From NCBI GenBank assembly GCA_009992215.1, contig JAACWB010000005.1:16676-80675 (forward strand): a stretch of DNA of 64,000 bases. Reading direction: 5' to 3'. This DNA comes from an archaeon (GTDB taxonomy: Archaea; Nanobdellota; Nanobdellia; Pacearchaeales; GW2011-AR1). The notes under the pieces were generated by a model, which was not told where the DNA came from, did not search any database, and saw only the letters and a program-made list of their open reading frames with translations. The position numbers and the translations under genes are program-made. Shown piece after piece: positions 10,177-19,900 of this stretch (its first letter is position 1; each line of letters starts with the position of its first letter).

Positions 10177-10557
10177 TTATTTCTTCTTCACCTTTTCATC
10201 TTTATTGTGTCTTGCTCTTACTCTTGTTGGTGCAAATTCACCAAACTTGTGACCAAGCATTTCCATTGTAATTTCTACTGGAACGAAATCTTTACCGTTG
10301 TAGATTTGTAATTTTATTCCAATTAATCCTGGAACGATTATCAATGTTCTATTGTGAGTTCTAACTGCTCTTTTTCCTTTAGCCAATTGATTGTTTGCTC
10401 TTTTTACAAAGTTTTCATGTTCTTGGAAATTTCTAAGTACAGTTCTTCTTTGTCTTGAACGTAGTAATTTAGCGAACTCTCTTACGTCTAAAGTTTTCAA
10501 CTCTTCTAGAGTTTTACCCTTGAACTTCAATTCTTTTTTCTTTACTTCCATTTCCAT
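10177..10557 (-). CDS. rps19: 30S ribosomal protein uS19
   Basis: RTHNR, YNGK, MLGHKFGEFAPTR. Confidence 0.97.
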   Translation of the reverse strand: MEMEVKKKELKFKGKTLEELKTLDVREFAKLLRSRQRRTVLRNFQEHENFVKRANNQLAKGKRAVRTHNRTLIIVPGLIGIKLQIYNGKDFVPVEITMEMLGHKFGEFAPTRVRARHNKDEKVKKK

Positions 10558-10558
10558 T

Positions 10559-11257
10559 TTATTTTCTCTTTCCTGTTTGTCTTGGCCTGATTAAACCTAC
10601 TCTTGCACCTGCCGGAGCATTTCTCTTTGCAATCTTACTCTTAGGGTTCTTTCCTCTACCTGAACCGAATGGGTGATCAATTGCGTTAACCTTTAGAGCA
10701 CTTGTTCTTGGCCATAATTTACTTTTTGTTTTCTTAATGAAATATTGTTTACCCGCTTTAACAATTGGTTTGTCTACTCTTCCTGCACCAGCAATAACTC
10801 CAACGATAGCTTTACAATCTCCGTTGAATTTCTTTTCCTTTTTTGAAGGCATGATTAAGTAAACATCATTACCCATTACTCTATTTACTACTGCTGTATT
10901 TCCACCTGCTTTAATGAATTTTCCTCCATCTCCAGGTCTTGATTCAACACAGTAAACTTTTGTCTTTACAGGCATATCTTTTAATTTTAAAATGTTACCG
11001 TTTTTAATTTCTTTGCCTTCGAAAGAAATTTTTTCTCCTTCAAACATGTTTTTGAAAGCTGGAATATAAAATGATCCTTTTTCTGAATTAACTTTTGCTA
11101 AAGGGCAAGTGTGTGCTCCTGAGTTGAAAAGTTTTGTAACTTCTCCAACACCAGTTAAGTTTGATGCGAATTGTAATTTGTATCTGAAAGCTTTCTTACT
11201 TACTCTATAAGTTGAACTTCCTTTTCCTCTAGCTTGTTGAATAATTCTCTTTCCCAT
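10559..11257 (-). CDS. rpl2: 50S ribosomal protein uL2
   Basis: MGKRIIQQARGKGS, PGDGG, DHPFGSG. Confidence 0.98.
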   Translation of the reverse strand: MGKRIIQQARGKGSSTYRVSKKAFRYKLQFASNLTGVGEVTKLFNSGAHTCPLAKVNSEKGSFYIPAFKNMFEGEKISFEGKEIKNGNILKLKDMPVKTKVYCVESRPGDGGKFIKAGGNTAVVNRVMGNDVYLIMPSKKEKKFNGDCKAIVGVIAGAGRVDKPIVKAGKQYFIKKTKSKLWPRTSALKVNAIDHPFGSGRGKNPKSKIAKRNAPAGARVGLIRPRQTGKRK

Positions 11258-11258
11258 T

Positions 11259-11495
11259 TTACATTAATCCTAATTTAGTTGCAATGTCAATTGCCAAAGT
11301 GTCTCCTTTTAATTTAACATATACATATTTTTTGTTATTCTTAATTAAAGTTCTAATTTTTTCAACTTCTACTTCGAATAATTCTTTAATTTCATTTTTA
11401 ATTTGTTCTTTAGTTTCACGCATTCCTGTTTCGAATGTTAATGTGTTACTTGTTTCAATCATCATTACAGCTTTTTCTGTTAATACTGGCCTCAT
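11259..11495 (-). CDS. rpl23: 50S ribosomal protein uL23
   Basis: PVLTEKA, KKYVYVKL, AIDIATKLGL. Confidence 0.96.
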   Translation of the reverse strand: MRPVLTEKAVMMIETSNTLTFETGMRETKEQIKNEIKELFEVEVEKIRTLIKNNKKYVYVKLKGDTLAIDIATKLGLM

Positions 11496-12289
11496 TTGAA
11501 TTTTTCTCCTAATTCTTTAATTGCAGTTTCTGTATAAAGAGTTAATCTTCCTACTCCACCGTTAGCTAAGTCATTTACTCCTAATTTTTGAGTAGTTTGA
11601 ACATCGAATGCAGTTGTTTTTATTTTTTCTTCATTTCCAACAACAAGTAGTAAACCTAGAGTTGATTTATATTTTCTTCCTCGAAGTTTTCCAAGTCCGC
11701 TTCTAATTGATTTCTTTTGAATTGCTACTTCATATAAGTTTTCACCTAAAATAGCTTTAAGACTTTGTAACATTTCTTTTGCTTTTAATTCAGTGAATTT
11801 TGATTCAACTACAAATGGAACATTTTCAATTTTTTGTCCATTTAATCTAGCATATCTTTTTGCAATCAAGTCGCCAATTGTTGTAGCTGTTAATGCTGAT
11901 TTTAAGGCTATAGTTAATTCTTTTTTGTTTATACTTGGTAATCCAATCATTGAAGCTACTTTTGGAGGATGTGCTCTTCTACCACCACGAGTGTTTGGTA
12001 CAGTTGCACCAACCCATTGGAATTGAGAACCTCTTCTTGACATTTGTTTACGTGGAATTCTTGACATTCCCCTACCATATTGTGATTTCCAAACTTTTCT
12101 ATGATGTTTTAACACACCGCTAGCTGAAGCTTGATTTCCTGCCATTGGCCCTGGACCGTATGGTTGTTTTACTTTTTTAGCTTCGATTATTTTTTGAATT
12201 AAATCTGTTCTAATTGATTCAGTAAAGCAATTTGGTAGAGCCAAATCCTTTACTTTTTTTCCTTGTACGTCTAATAATTTTGTTTTCAT
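11492..12289 (-). CDS. rpl4: 50S ribosomal protein uL4
   Basis: GRGMSRIPR, GGRRAHPPK, GRLTLYT. Confidence 0.97.
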   Translation of the reverse strand: MKTKLLDVQGKKVKDLALPNCFTESIRTDLIQKIIEAKKVKQPYGPGPMAGNQASASGVLKHHRKVWKSQYGRGMSRIPRKQMSRRGSQFQWVGATVPNTRGGRRAHPPKVASMIGLPSINKKELTIALKSALTATTIGDLIAKRYARLNGQKIENVPFVVESKFTELKAKEMLQSLKAILGENLYEVAIQKKSIRSGLGKLRGRKYKSTLGLLLVVGNEEKIKTTAFDVQTTQKLGVNDLANGGVGRLTLYTETAIKELGEKFK

Positions 12290-12290
12290 T

Positions 12291-13229
12291 TTATCTTAAT
12301 TCAATTAATTCATGTTTTTTCTTTAATTGCTTTTTAGTTGGTCTAAGAGCTTGTGTTAAAACAATTTGTCTTTTTGCTGGCCCTTGAACTGAACCTTCTA
12401 AAATAATGTAATCAGTTTTAATGTCTCCGTAATTCTTGATTCCTTTGAATTTGTCTTCTGCTTTTCCTAAATCTAAAACTTTGTTATTGTAAACTACTCT
12501 TGTAAACATTCCTAATTGTCCTGCTTGAGGTACTCTAAAAGTAACTCTTGCTGGATGCCATGGTCCAAGTGAACCTGGTCTTCTTCGTCCTTTTTCTGAT
12601 TTTTGATTCTTTAATTGAATACCAAATCTTTTTACTGGACCTTGAAGTCCTTTTCCTTTAGTTACTCCTCGTAAATCTACTAATTGTCCTGATTCAAATA
12701 CATCAGCAACAGTAATTTCTTTTCCAATTTTTTCTTTTGCAAAAGCTAATTTATCTTCGTAAGTTCCGTTCAAACCTAATTCAGTAATGTCTGGAGTTTT
12801 TTTGAGTCCAGTCTTTTTTACTTGAGAATATGCAATGATTCTAACATCGTCGTATTCTTCAGGTTTAATTGAATCTAATTTCTTTTGAGTTTTTGGTAAT
12901 TTTACTAATTTTTTTAATTCCTTATCTAAACCTTCACCTAAAATTTCTGTTTTTACAATTCCGTCTTTGTATAAACGTACTGAGAAAATTTTCATTGATG
13001 GACATTCAAGAATTGTTACTGGAAAAACTTTCTTTTTTCCTTTAGTCATTGAGTGTTCAGTTGAATCATCAAGGTAAGCTGATTTCATTCCTGCCTTGTA
13101 TGCGATAAATCCCTTTAATGTTTTTTCAGATTTAATAGCATCCCAATTAATTGTTGGTAGAATTTTTGCTGCTCGCTTTCTTGGCCAGAATTGTAGGCTT
13201 CCTTTTCTTGGTGATTTTCTTGTTACCAT
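12291..13229 (-). CDS. rpl3: 50S ribosomal protein uL3
   Basis: PRKGSLQFWPRKRA, YKAGM, TKGKGLQGPVKRFG, GSLGPWHP. Confidence 0.98.
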   Translation of the reverse strand: MVTRKSPRKGSLQFWPRKRAAKILPTINWDAIKSEKTLKGFIAYKAGMKSAYLDDSTEHSMTKGKKKVFPVTILECPSMKIFSVRLYKDGIVKTEILGEGLDKELKKLVKLPKTQKKLDSIKPEEYDDVRIIAYSQVKKTGLKKTPDITELGLNGTYEDKLAFAKEKIGKEITVADVFESGQLVDLRGVTKGKGLQGPVKRFGIQLKNQKSEKGRRRPGSLGPWHPARVTFRVPQAGQLGMFTRVVYNNKVLDLGKAEDKFKGIKNYGDIKTDYIILEGSVQGPAKRQIVLTQALRPTKKQLKKKHELIELR

Positions 13230-13240
13230 TTTGTTTTAAT

Positions 13241-13380
13241 ATTGACATAATCACAAGTGAGAAATAAGTTCAACTGAGTTGAAGGATTATTTTTACACTC
13301 ATAGATTTCAGAGTCAATCCGTGTTTACAAGTAAACTAAAATTTAGTTTACAATAATTTAGATAAAATTAGGTTTATAAA
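13241..13380 (-). promoter_or_regulatory. Structured leader and TATA-like box upstream of the uL3 operon
   Basis: TTTATAAA at 13373-13380; nested inverted repeats 13241-13318 centred on TTCAACTGAGTTGAA, and GTAAACTAAA-A-TTTAGTTTAC at 13331-13351. Confidence 0.5.
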
Positions 13381-13460
13381 AGTTTCGTACACAAAACTTT
13401 AGCTGGAAGCTTGAAGAAAAGAGAAAAAATAAAAAGTTGATTTTTTATTCATATATTATA

Positions 13461-13868
13461 ATGAAAAAATCAAACAATCTTGAAAAAGTTATTTTGCTGA
13501 ATTGGCGTGGAGCTGAAAATGCATATGAGATATACCCTGATGAATATTCCTTGCATCTCAACGAAAATTTGATGATGGAATATATTAAAGAAGAAATGAT
13601 GAAATGTGATTTTGATAATATGTTTTGGTGGATGATATCAAAACTTCCAAAACAAAAATCAGACGTATTTTCAAAAGAGTATTATGATCCAACGGAAGAA
13701 AAAGAACTTGATTTGGAATTACTTGATTATACTTTTGTCAACGTGAATCAAGAGTTATACAAGAAAATTCAAAATTCAGGAAAAGGGCTTTATACTAAAA
13801 ATATAGAATTTAGTGACAATGTCGTTAATCTTTCTTCTGTGATGAATAAACCGTATTATGTTAGATAA
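13461..13868 (+). CDS. Hypothetical protein
   Basis: Open frame; ATG at 13461 preferred over the TTG at 13437. Confidence 0.6.
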   Translation: MKKSNNLEKVILLNWRGAENAYEIYPDEYSLHLNENLMMEYIKEEMMKCDFDNMFWWMISKLPKQKSDVFSKEYYDPTEEKELDLELLDYTFVNVNQELYKKIQNSGKGLYTKNIEFSDNVVNLSSVMNKPYYVR

Positions 13869-13888
13869 GTTTATTATCTATAAACCTT

Positions 13889-14335
13889 TTATTTTTTAAG
13901 GGTCTTTAATTCTAATTCTCCAATTGATTCTACTAATTTCTTATTTTCTCCTCTTGGAATTTTTTTATAAACTTCTTTTATTCTATTCCAAAAAGTTTTT
14001 CCCAAATCTAAATCCTGTTCAAAAGAATTTTCTTTCAACCAACTTTGCAAACGATCTAATTCGTAAACCTCGCTTGTAAACTGAAAATCATCAACTTTAT
14101 CCAAATTATGGCTGTATGTGAAGAAAACTAAATACATATTTTGGTGTTTGTAATCAAATTCTTTTTCATTAACAAGAACTAAATAGGTACGCCCATAATT
14201 CTGAAAAAATAATCCCTGATATTCATTTGAAATTTTTTTTGGTCTAAGCTCATGGATTTTTGCTCTTTTTAGATTATCAAAACCTTCACCACAAATATCA
14301 CAATAATGTTTAGTTTCAGTTTTTACCATTAACAA
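13889..14335 (-). CDS. Hypothetical protein with an N-terminal zinc-finger-like motif
   Basis: YCDICGEGF...IHE. Confidence 0.6.
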   Translation of the reverse strand: MLMVKTETKHYCDICGEGFDNLKRAKIHELRPKKISNEYQGLFFQNYGRTYLVLVNEKEFDYKHQNMYLVFFTYSHNLDKVDDFQFTSEVYELDRLQSWLKENSFEQDLDLGKTFWNRIKEVYKKIPRGENKKLVESIGELELKTLKK

Positions 14336-14369
14336 ATCAAAGTTTTAATCTTTTTAAGAATTATTGTGT

Positions 14370-15071
14370 TCAAGCAGTAAAAGGATATTCTTTTTCTGAC
14401 TTAACATCATCAATGTTTGTTATTCTGACAATCTTTCCTTGTCTTTTTGCCATTTCTCTAATCTTTGCAAAATCTTTTTCATCAGTCTTTGGAAGAATTA
14501 TACTTTCAATTACAAAGTTGTGTTTTATTTCTGCTTTTTTAAAATCGTCTTTTTCAAATACGAACGATTTTCCAATTTCTTTGTCATTTGTGATTAATTT
14601 ACAGAAGTCTGCTTTTGGTTCTTCATCTCCTTTTCCTGGTTTACCTGACTTTGGAGCTTTGTCTTTAATTTTTAGAGTATTATTTTCATCAACATTGAAT
14701 GTTAATCCAAAAAAGGATTTTGGAAATTCGTTAAGTAAAGAAACTAATTCATCACCAGACATTTCTTTATTTATCATATATCTTTTAACTCCTTGAAATT
14801 GTTTTAAATCTTCAAAGTCTAATCTTGTCTTTAAATCAGAAGTGGAAACAATTGCTCCAGTTACTTTAGTTTTTGTGCTTCCTAGTTTTTTTGCCATCAT
14901 CAAAACTAATTCATTACCAAATTCTGAAGAAGTATTAATTGTGTATTTGTCTTTTGTTTTTTTTGCCTTAACTACACCTCTGTCCTTGAAAAGGCCTTTT
15001 GAAAATTTTTGAAATTGAATGTGTGTAAATTCATCCATATTTCCTTCAATTGCTTTTTTTATGAAATTCAT
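14370..15071 (-). CDS. Hypothetical protein (233 aa)
   Basis: Long ORF with host-like codon usage; no recognised motif. Confidence 0.75.
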   Translation of the reverse strand: MNFIKKAIEGNMDEFTHIQFQKFSKGLFKDRGVVKAKKTKDKYTINTSSEFGNELVLMMAKKLGSTKTKVTGAIVSTSDLKTRLDFEDLKQFQGVKRYMINKEMSGDELVSLLNEFPKSFFGLTFNVDENNTLKIKDKAPKSGKPGKGDEEPKADFCKLITNDKEIGKSFVFEKDDFKKAEIKHNFVIESIILPKTDEKDFAKIREMAKRQGKIVRITNIDDVKSEKEYPFTA

Positions 15072-15175
15072 GTAATAGAGAAATTATTTTGTCTTATAAA
15101 CTTTTCTTGAATTTTTTTGCAAAAACATAAGTAACCTTTATTAAGAAAAAATTGTTTTATATAATAGGTGTAAAT

Positions 15176-16249
15176 ATGGCAATGGATAAAAGTTATTTGA
15201 GAAAGGTTACGTCTCTTGTAATTCTTGCAGTATTAATTGTTCTTTCTTATTTTTTACTTAAACCTATTTTAATGTCAATAATTACAGGAATTATCCTTGC
15301 ATTTATTTTCTTACCCGTATTTCAAAAAATAAATAAAAAAATTCCCTCAAGAAACGTCTCGGTTACCATAGTTTGTATTCTTTTAATTTTACTAATTGTA
15401 ATTCCTGTTTGGTTTTTGACACCAGTTTTACTTAATCAGTCAATTGAAATTTTCCTAGCTTCACAAAAAATTGATTTTGTGACTCCCCTACAAAATGCTT
15501 TTCCAAAATTATTTTCAATTGGAACATTTTCAAATGAAATCACTTCGGTAGTTTATAGTTTTATTACAAAAATTACTAATGGTGCAATGAATATGATTTC
15601 AAAGGTTCTTTTGAATTTTCCAACTTTATTTTTACAATTTCTTGTAACTTTTTTCACCTTTTTCTTTGTTCTTAGAGACAGCGAGAAATTTGTAGAGTAC
15701 ATTCAAAGTTTACTTCCTTTCCCAAAAGAAATTGAAACTAAATTGTTTAAGTCTTCTCGTGACATTACATTTTCCGTTTTATATGGTCAAGTAATTATTG
15801 GTATTTTGCAAGGTATTTTTGCTGGAATTTCCTTTTTCTTATTTGGTGTTGGAAATGCTTTGTTCTTGACATTACTTGCAATTATTGCTGGAATTTTCCC
15901 AATCATTGGTACAACTGTTGTTTGGATTCCTGTGGCTATTTATTTATTTGTTAACGGACAACTTTGGCCTGCAATAGGAGTTACATTCTTTGGATTAATT
16001 GCTTCCTTTTTTGAAAATGCCGTTAAACCGGTATTTGTTTCAAAGAGAACAAATGTTCACTCGAGTATAATTTTACTTGGAATGGTTGGAGGATTATTTA
16101 TGTTTGGAATTTTAGGTGTAATTTTAGGTCCACTTATCCTTGCTTATCTGTTAATTGTTCTTGAAATTTATAGAGACAAGAGAACTCCGAGTTATTTAAT
16201 ACAAAATCCAGAAGATCAAGAGATAGATATAAAAATGGGTTATTTCTAA
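15176..16249 (+). CDS. AI-2E family (PerM-like) transporter
   Basis: Multi-pass membrane protein; AFIFLP, PIIGTTVVWIP, ENAVKP, GGLFMFGILGVILGPLI. Confidence 0.9.
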   Translation: MAMDKSYLRKVTSLVILAVLIVLSYFLLKPILMSIITGIILAFIFLPVFQKINKKIPSRNVSVTIVCILLILLIVIPVWFLTPVLLNQSIEIFLASQKIDFVTPLQNAFPKLFSIGTFSNEITSVVYSFITKITNGAMNMISKVLLNFPTLFLQFLVTFFTFFFVLRDSEKFVEYIQSLLPFPKEIETKLFKSSRDITFSVLYGQVIIGILQGIFAGISFFLFGVGNALFLTLLAIIAGIFPIIGTTVVWIPVAIYLFVNGQLWPAIGVTFFGLIASFFENAVKPVFVSKRTNVHSSIILLGMVGGLFMFGILGVILGPLILAYLLIVLEIYRDKRTPSYLIQNPEDQEIDIKMGYF

Positions 16250-16268
16250 GTATAATTAGAGGTGAAAA

Positions 16269-17744
16269 ATGCAATTAAAGATTAAGACATCCGAATGGGC
16301 TGCAGGAATTCCTGTTTCCATGTTGAATCACAAGACAGCACAAAAGTTAGGTGTTCATGCAGGGGACAGAATAACAATTAAAACTATTTCTAAAAATTCT
16401 AAACAAATGACAACAATTGTTGACACTGTTGATAAATTAGTTGGGGCAAACCATATTGCTGTTTCTGAAGAAGTAAAAAAAATATTATCTTTAAGAGAAG
16501 AACAGACTGTGGATGTTTCTTTTATGGATGCTCCTGAAAGTGTTAATTACATAAAGAAAAAATTAGTTGGAGAGGAATTGACTCATGATGAAGTAAAATC
16601 AATTATTGCAGATGTTGTAAATAATACGCTATCCGAACCAGAAGTTAGTGTTTTTGTTTCTGCAATGTATAAAAATGGTATGACTTTCAAAGAAACTGTT
16701 GCTTTAGTTGATGCCATTTTGTCTTCGGGAAAAACACTTTCTTTTAGAAATAAATATGTTGTTGACAAACATTGTATCGGGGGAATTGCTGGAAACAGAA
16801 CTACACCAATAGTTGTTTCAATTTGTGCAGCTGCTGGTCTTACTTTTCCTAAAACTTCTTCAAGGGCAATAACATCTGCTGCTGGAACTGCTGATTGTAT
16901 TGAAGTTTTGAGTCCCGTTGAATTTAGTATGGATGAATTAAAAAAAATAGTCCAAAAAACTGGGGCTTGTCTCACTTGGGGAGGAGCGCTTGGAATGGTT
17001 CCTGCCGATTCAAAAATAATTAAAGTTGAAAAAATGTTAAAGCTTGACCCTGCTGCACAACTTTTGGCTTCAATTATGTCAAAGAAACTCGCTGCTGGAA
17101 GTAAATATATTTTAATTGATATTCCTTATGGAAAAAAAGCAAAGGTTTCTTTAGCGAAAGGAAAAATGCTAAAGAGAAAATTTGAACAATTAGCAAGACA
17201 CTTCAAAGTCAAGATTAAAGTTATTTTGACAAAAGCTACAGAACCAATTGGGAATGGTGTTGGTCCTGCTCTTGAAATCCGTGATGTTATGAATGTTTTA
17301 AATCCAAAAAAAGAAGGACCTCAAGACTTAGAAAAAAAGGCAATTTATTTGGCTTCTGAAATTTTTGAGATGACTATTTCAAAAAAAGGAAAAGGAAAAG
17401 CTTTAGCAAGAGAGATGCTTGAAAGCGGAAAAGCGTGGAAAAAGTTTCAAGAAATAATAAAAGCACAGAATGGAAGAGTGAAAGAAATTATTCCTTCAAA
17501 AATTTCTCATACTGTTTGTTCTCCGAAAAAAGGAAAAATAAAAGATATTGATAATCATTTAATTAATTATCTTGCAAGAGTTGCGGGTTGTCCGATGGAT
17601 AAATATTCAGGAGTTTATTTGCATCACCACATCGGAGACAAAGTTAAACACAATGAACCATTACTTACAATTTATGCTGAATCTAAACCAAGACTTAAGG
17701 AAGCACTAAAGTATTATGAAAATAAAAAACCAATAAGGATTTGA
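16269..17744 (+). CDS. AMP phosphorylase (thymidine/pyrimidine-nucleoside phosphorylase family)
   Basis: DKHCIGGIAGNRTT, PKTSSRAITSAAGTAD, ASIMSKK, PIGNGVGPALE; has the N-terminal extra domain of AMP phosphorylases; GAGGTGA Shine-Dalgarno. Confidence 0.93.
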   Translation: MQLKIKTSEWAAGIPVSMLNHKTAQKLGVHAGDRITIKTISKNSKQMTTIVDTVDKLVGANHIAVSEEVKKILSLREEQTVDVSFMDAPESVNYIKKKLVGEELTHDEVKSIIADVVNNTLSEPEVSVFVSAMYKNGMTFKETVALVDAILSSGKTLSFRNKYVVDKHCIGGIAGNRTTPIVVSICAAAGLTFPKTSSRAITSAAGTADCIEVLSPVEFSMDELKKIVQKTGACLTWGGALGMVPADSKIIKVEKMLKLDPAAQLLASIMSKKLAAGSKYILIDIPYGKKAKVSLAKGKMLKRKFEQLARHFKVKIKVILTKATEPIGNGVGPALEIRDVMNVLNPKKEGPQDLEKKAIYLASEIFEMTISKKGKGKALAREMLESGKAWKKFQEIIKAQNGRVKEIIPSKISHTVCSPKKGKIKDIDNHLINYLARVAGCPMDKYSGVYLHHHIGDKVKHNEPLLTIYAESKPRLKEALKYYENKKPIRI

Positions 17745-17780
17745 GGTAATTTTTTTAAAGTAGCTTTCTTTTAATTTTAC

Positions 17781-18074
17781 ATGCGTAGATTAGATTACAA
17801 ACATCAATTAGTAGATTACTTCAAAAGAAATCTTGCAAAAAAGTATAATCATGATACTCTAAAGTTTGCATTGATTAGTCAAGGTTACTCGAGAGTTGCG
17901 GTTCTCCAAGCTTACGAAGAAGCAATAAAACAAATGAGTGAAGATGCTCCAGTTCTAAAAGAAAAACCAATTATTAGACATGAAATTTATGACATGAATA
18001 ATAAATTGATTCATCCTGAACCGATGGGGCATTGGGAGAAGTTCTGGCTTAGACTTAAGGGGAATAGGATATAG
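17781..18074 (+). CDS. Hypothetical protein
   Basis: 97 aa ORF. Confidence 0.65.
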   Translation: MRRLDYKHQLVDYFKRNLAKKYNHDTLKFALISQGYSRVAVLQAYEEAIKQMSEDAPVLKEKPIIRHEIYDMNNKLIHPEPMGHWEKFWLRLKGNRI

Positions 18075-18155
18075 TTGGTAGTTTGAAATGAATAGCTAGA
18101 AGAATTTTTGAAGAAGAAATGTTTTGGGTTAAGGAAAAAAATAGATAAGTAATGT

Positions 18156-18455
18156 TTAGAAATTTTTATCAATAACTTTGTTTCTTAAATCAAATAAATT
18201 ATCAATTGTTTTTCTTATCTTGTTTGAAAATTTTGTTGGATGTGGAGAAAGATGAGGCAGATAATTATATTCAATGTCTCCTAGTGATTGCTCTGAATTA
18301 AGTAAGAAGGATAAATAATAAACAAGGTCTTCATCATCTTTTATTAACCTTATTGAATTTATTCCAGGGATATTATGTGATAAATTATATTTCACACCTT
18401 CATTTTTAGAATTCCAATAAATTCCAATTTTTCTAATTTCTTTTTCTTCAGACAT
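18156..18455 (-). CDS. Hypothetical protein
   Basis: 99 aa ORF with ATG. Confidence 0.55.
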   Translation of the reverse strand: MSEEKEIRKIGIYWNSKNEGVKYNLSHNIPGINSIRLIKDDEDLVYYLSFLLNSEQSLGDIEYNYLPHLSPHPTKFSNKIRKTIDNLFDLRNKVIDKNF

Positions 18456-18543
18456 GATAATATGCTCAATTAATTATTTTTAATTATTTGTATTATGTGA
18501 ATAGACAACTTTTTAAACAAAAACCATTTCAAATTAATTGTAT

Positions 18544-18623
18544 GCCTCCATCGCATAGTGGTATTGCACCGGACTTGAGATCCGGGCCCTTTGGGCTCGC
18601 AGGTTCGATTCCTGCTGGGGGCG
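18544..18623 (+). tRNA. tRNA-Ser(TGA)
   Basis: GCCTCCA/TGGGGGC acceptor stem, CCGGA-CTTGAGA-TCCGG anticodon arm, long variable arm, GCAGG-TTCGATT-CCTGC T arm. Confidence 0.95.
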
Positions 18624-18630
18624 CTAAAAG

Positions 18631-18660
18631 AAGGGTTCTTCGGAGCCCTTTTTTTATTTT
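18631..18660 (+). terminator. Stem-loop with T tract after tRNA-Ser (a second copy lies at 18742-18772)
   Basis: AAGGGTTC-TTCG-GAGCCCTT followed by T tract; second hairpin AAGGAACTC-TTCG-GAGTTCCTT followed by T tract. Confidence 0.7.
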
Positions 18661-18809
18661 ATTTTCTTTTAGCTTTCCACTGGTCCTCGCTTCGCTGTGG
18701 TTTCTCATATTTTTCAAATATTCCAAAAGGGGGCGCTGAATAAGGAACTCTTCGGAGTTCCTTTTTCTTTTTACTTAAAACTTAAAAATATCTTATTCAT
18801 AATTATAGG

Positions 18810-19490
18810 ATGAGGCGATTTAGGAGAAAAGATTATTTTGCAATGTTTTTGCTTTTGAGTTTGGGAATTCTAATATTTTGGATGATAAAATCTTATATTT
18901 CACATAATTTTATTTATGATTTATTTCAGAATAATACTCTAGAAATTACTGAAGACATACAAAATTATGGAAACATTTCATATCTTGTTTTTGTCTTTTT
19001 AATTTTTCTTGAATGTATTTTTGCTCCGTTTCCGCCACTTATTTTATACATTGCGGGAGGAACTCTTTTTGGAGGACTCTTTGGGGGATTTCTTGCTTTA
19101 ATTGGAAATTTCTTGGGTGCGGCGGTTGCATTTAAAATTTCATACTATTATGGAAAAGAAAAAATTTTACCTAGAATCCCAAAAAAAATAAGAGAGAAAT
19201 TTGATAAATATTCAAAAAAATATGGTCCAGCTTCTGTTTTTTTCTTAAGAATTAATCCCCTTACTTCTTCAGATATTTTTAGTTATCTTGCTGGATTAAC
19301 GAATATGAGTTTTTGGAAATTTTTAGCTGGAACAACTCTTGGTCTTTTACCAATTGTGTTTTTACAAACTTACTTGGGAGAAACAATTCAACAACATCCG
19401 CTTGTAACAAAAATTTCAATTATTGTCGGAGCACTTTACGTTTTAGTTTTCTTTGTAATTTACTTTTGGATTAGAAAGAAGAGAAAATAA
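18810..19490 (+). CDS. TVP38/TMEM64 (VTT/DedA-like) membrane protein
   Basis: PFPPLILYIAGGTLFG, GAAVAF, FLRINP, SYLAGLT. Confidence 0.9.
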   Translation: MRRFRRKDYFAMFLLLSLGILIFWMIKSYISHNFIYDLFQNNTLEITEDIQNYGNISYLVFVFLIFLECIFAPFPPLILYIAGGTLFGGLFGGFLALIGNFLGAAVAFKISYYYGKEKILPRIPKKIREKFDKYSKKYGPASVFFLRINPLTSSDIFSYLAGLTNMSFWKFLAGTTLGLLPIVFLQTYLGETIQQHPLVTKISIIVGALYVLVFFVIYFWIRKKRK

Positions 19491-19537
19491 TATTTGATTA
19501 CAATAATGTTTATTAAGAAAGTTGAATTTTAGTATAA

Positions 19538-19900
19538 ATGAAAAATACATTAACAAATACTTTTGGTCTTAAATTAAATAAAAATCAATCGTTTGGAGAT
19601 TTGAAACATGATTTTATGAAGGTCTTTGAATTATACGATGCGGCAGATAAAACAATTTTTTATGGTAATTTGAATTTAAAAGAAGAAGAAAATAGAAAAC
19701 AATATTTAATTGAAATAAAAAATGAAGGAGCGATTTTTGCAGATTTGAATTCTAATAATAATTTAAAATACTCTACAGGAGATAATCTTTCTGGTTTAAT
19801 AAAATTGGTTGGATTTGATTGGGATTCTAAAATATTTGAAGAATTAAATGACAAATTTTATGATTTAGTAAAAAAATATAATCCTTTTAATTTAGATTAA
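19538..19900 (+). CDS. Hypothetical protein
   Basis: 120 aa ORF. Confidence 0.6.
   Translation: MKNTLTNTFGLKLNKNQSFGDLKHDFMKVFELYDAADKTIFYGNLNLKEEENRKQYLIEIKNEGAIFADLNSNNNLKYSTGDNLSGLIKLVGFDWDSKIFEELNDKFYDLVKKYNPFNLD

Noticed and set aside
18617..18737. Classical provirus attL/attR sites at tRNA 3' ends
   Set aside because: The repeats are only about 110-120 bp apart with no integrase or cargo; decayed scars remain possible but would not explain the 5S and RNase P cases.
18488..18739. ORFs overlapping RNA genes (also 25867-26079, 49072-49540, 50325-50611)
   Set aside because: They overlap clear tRNA, rRNA or RNase P RNA genes and have no protein motif.
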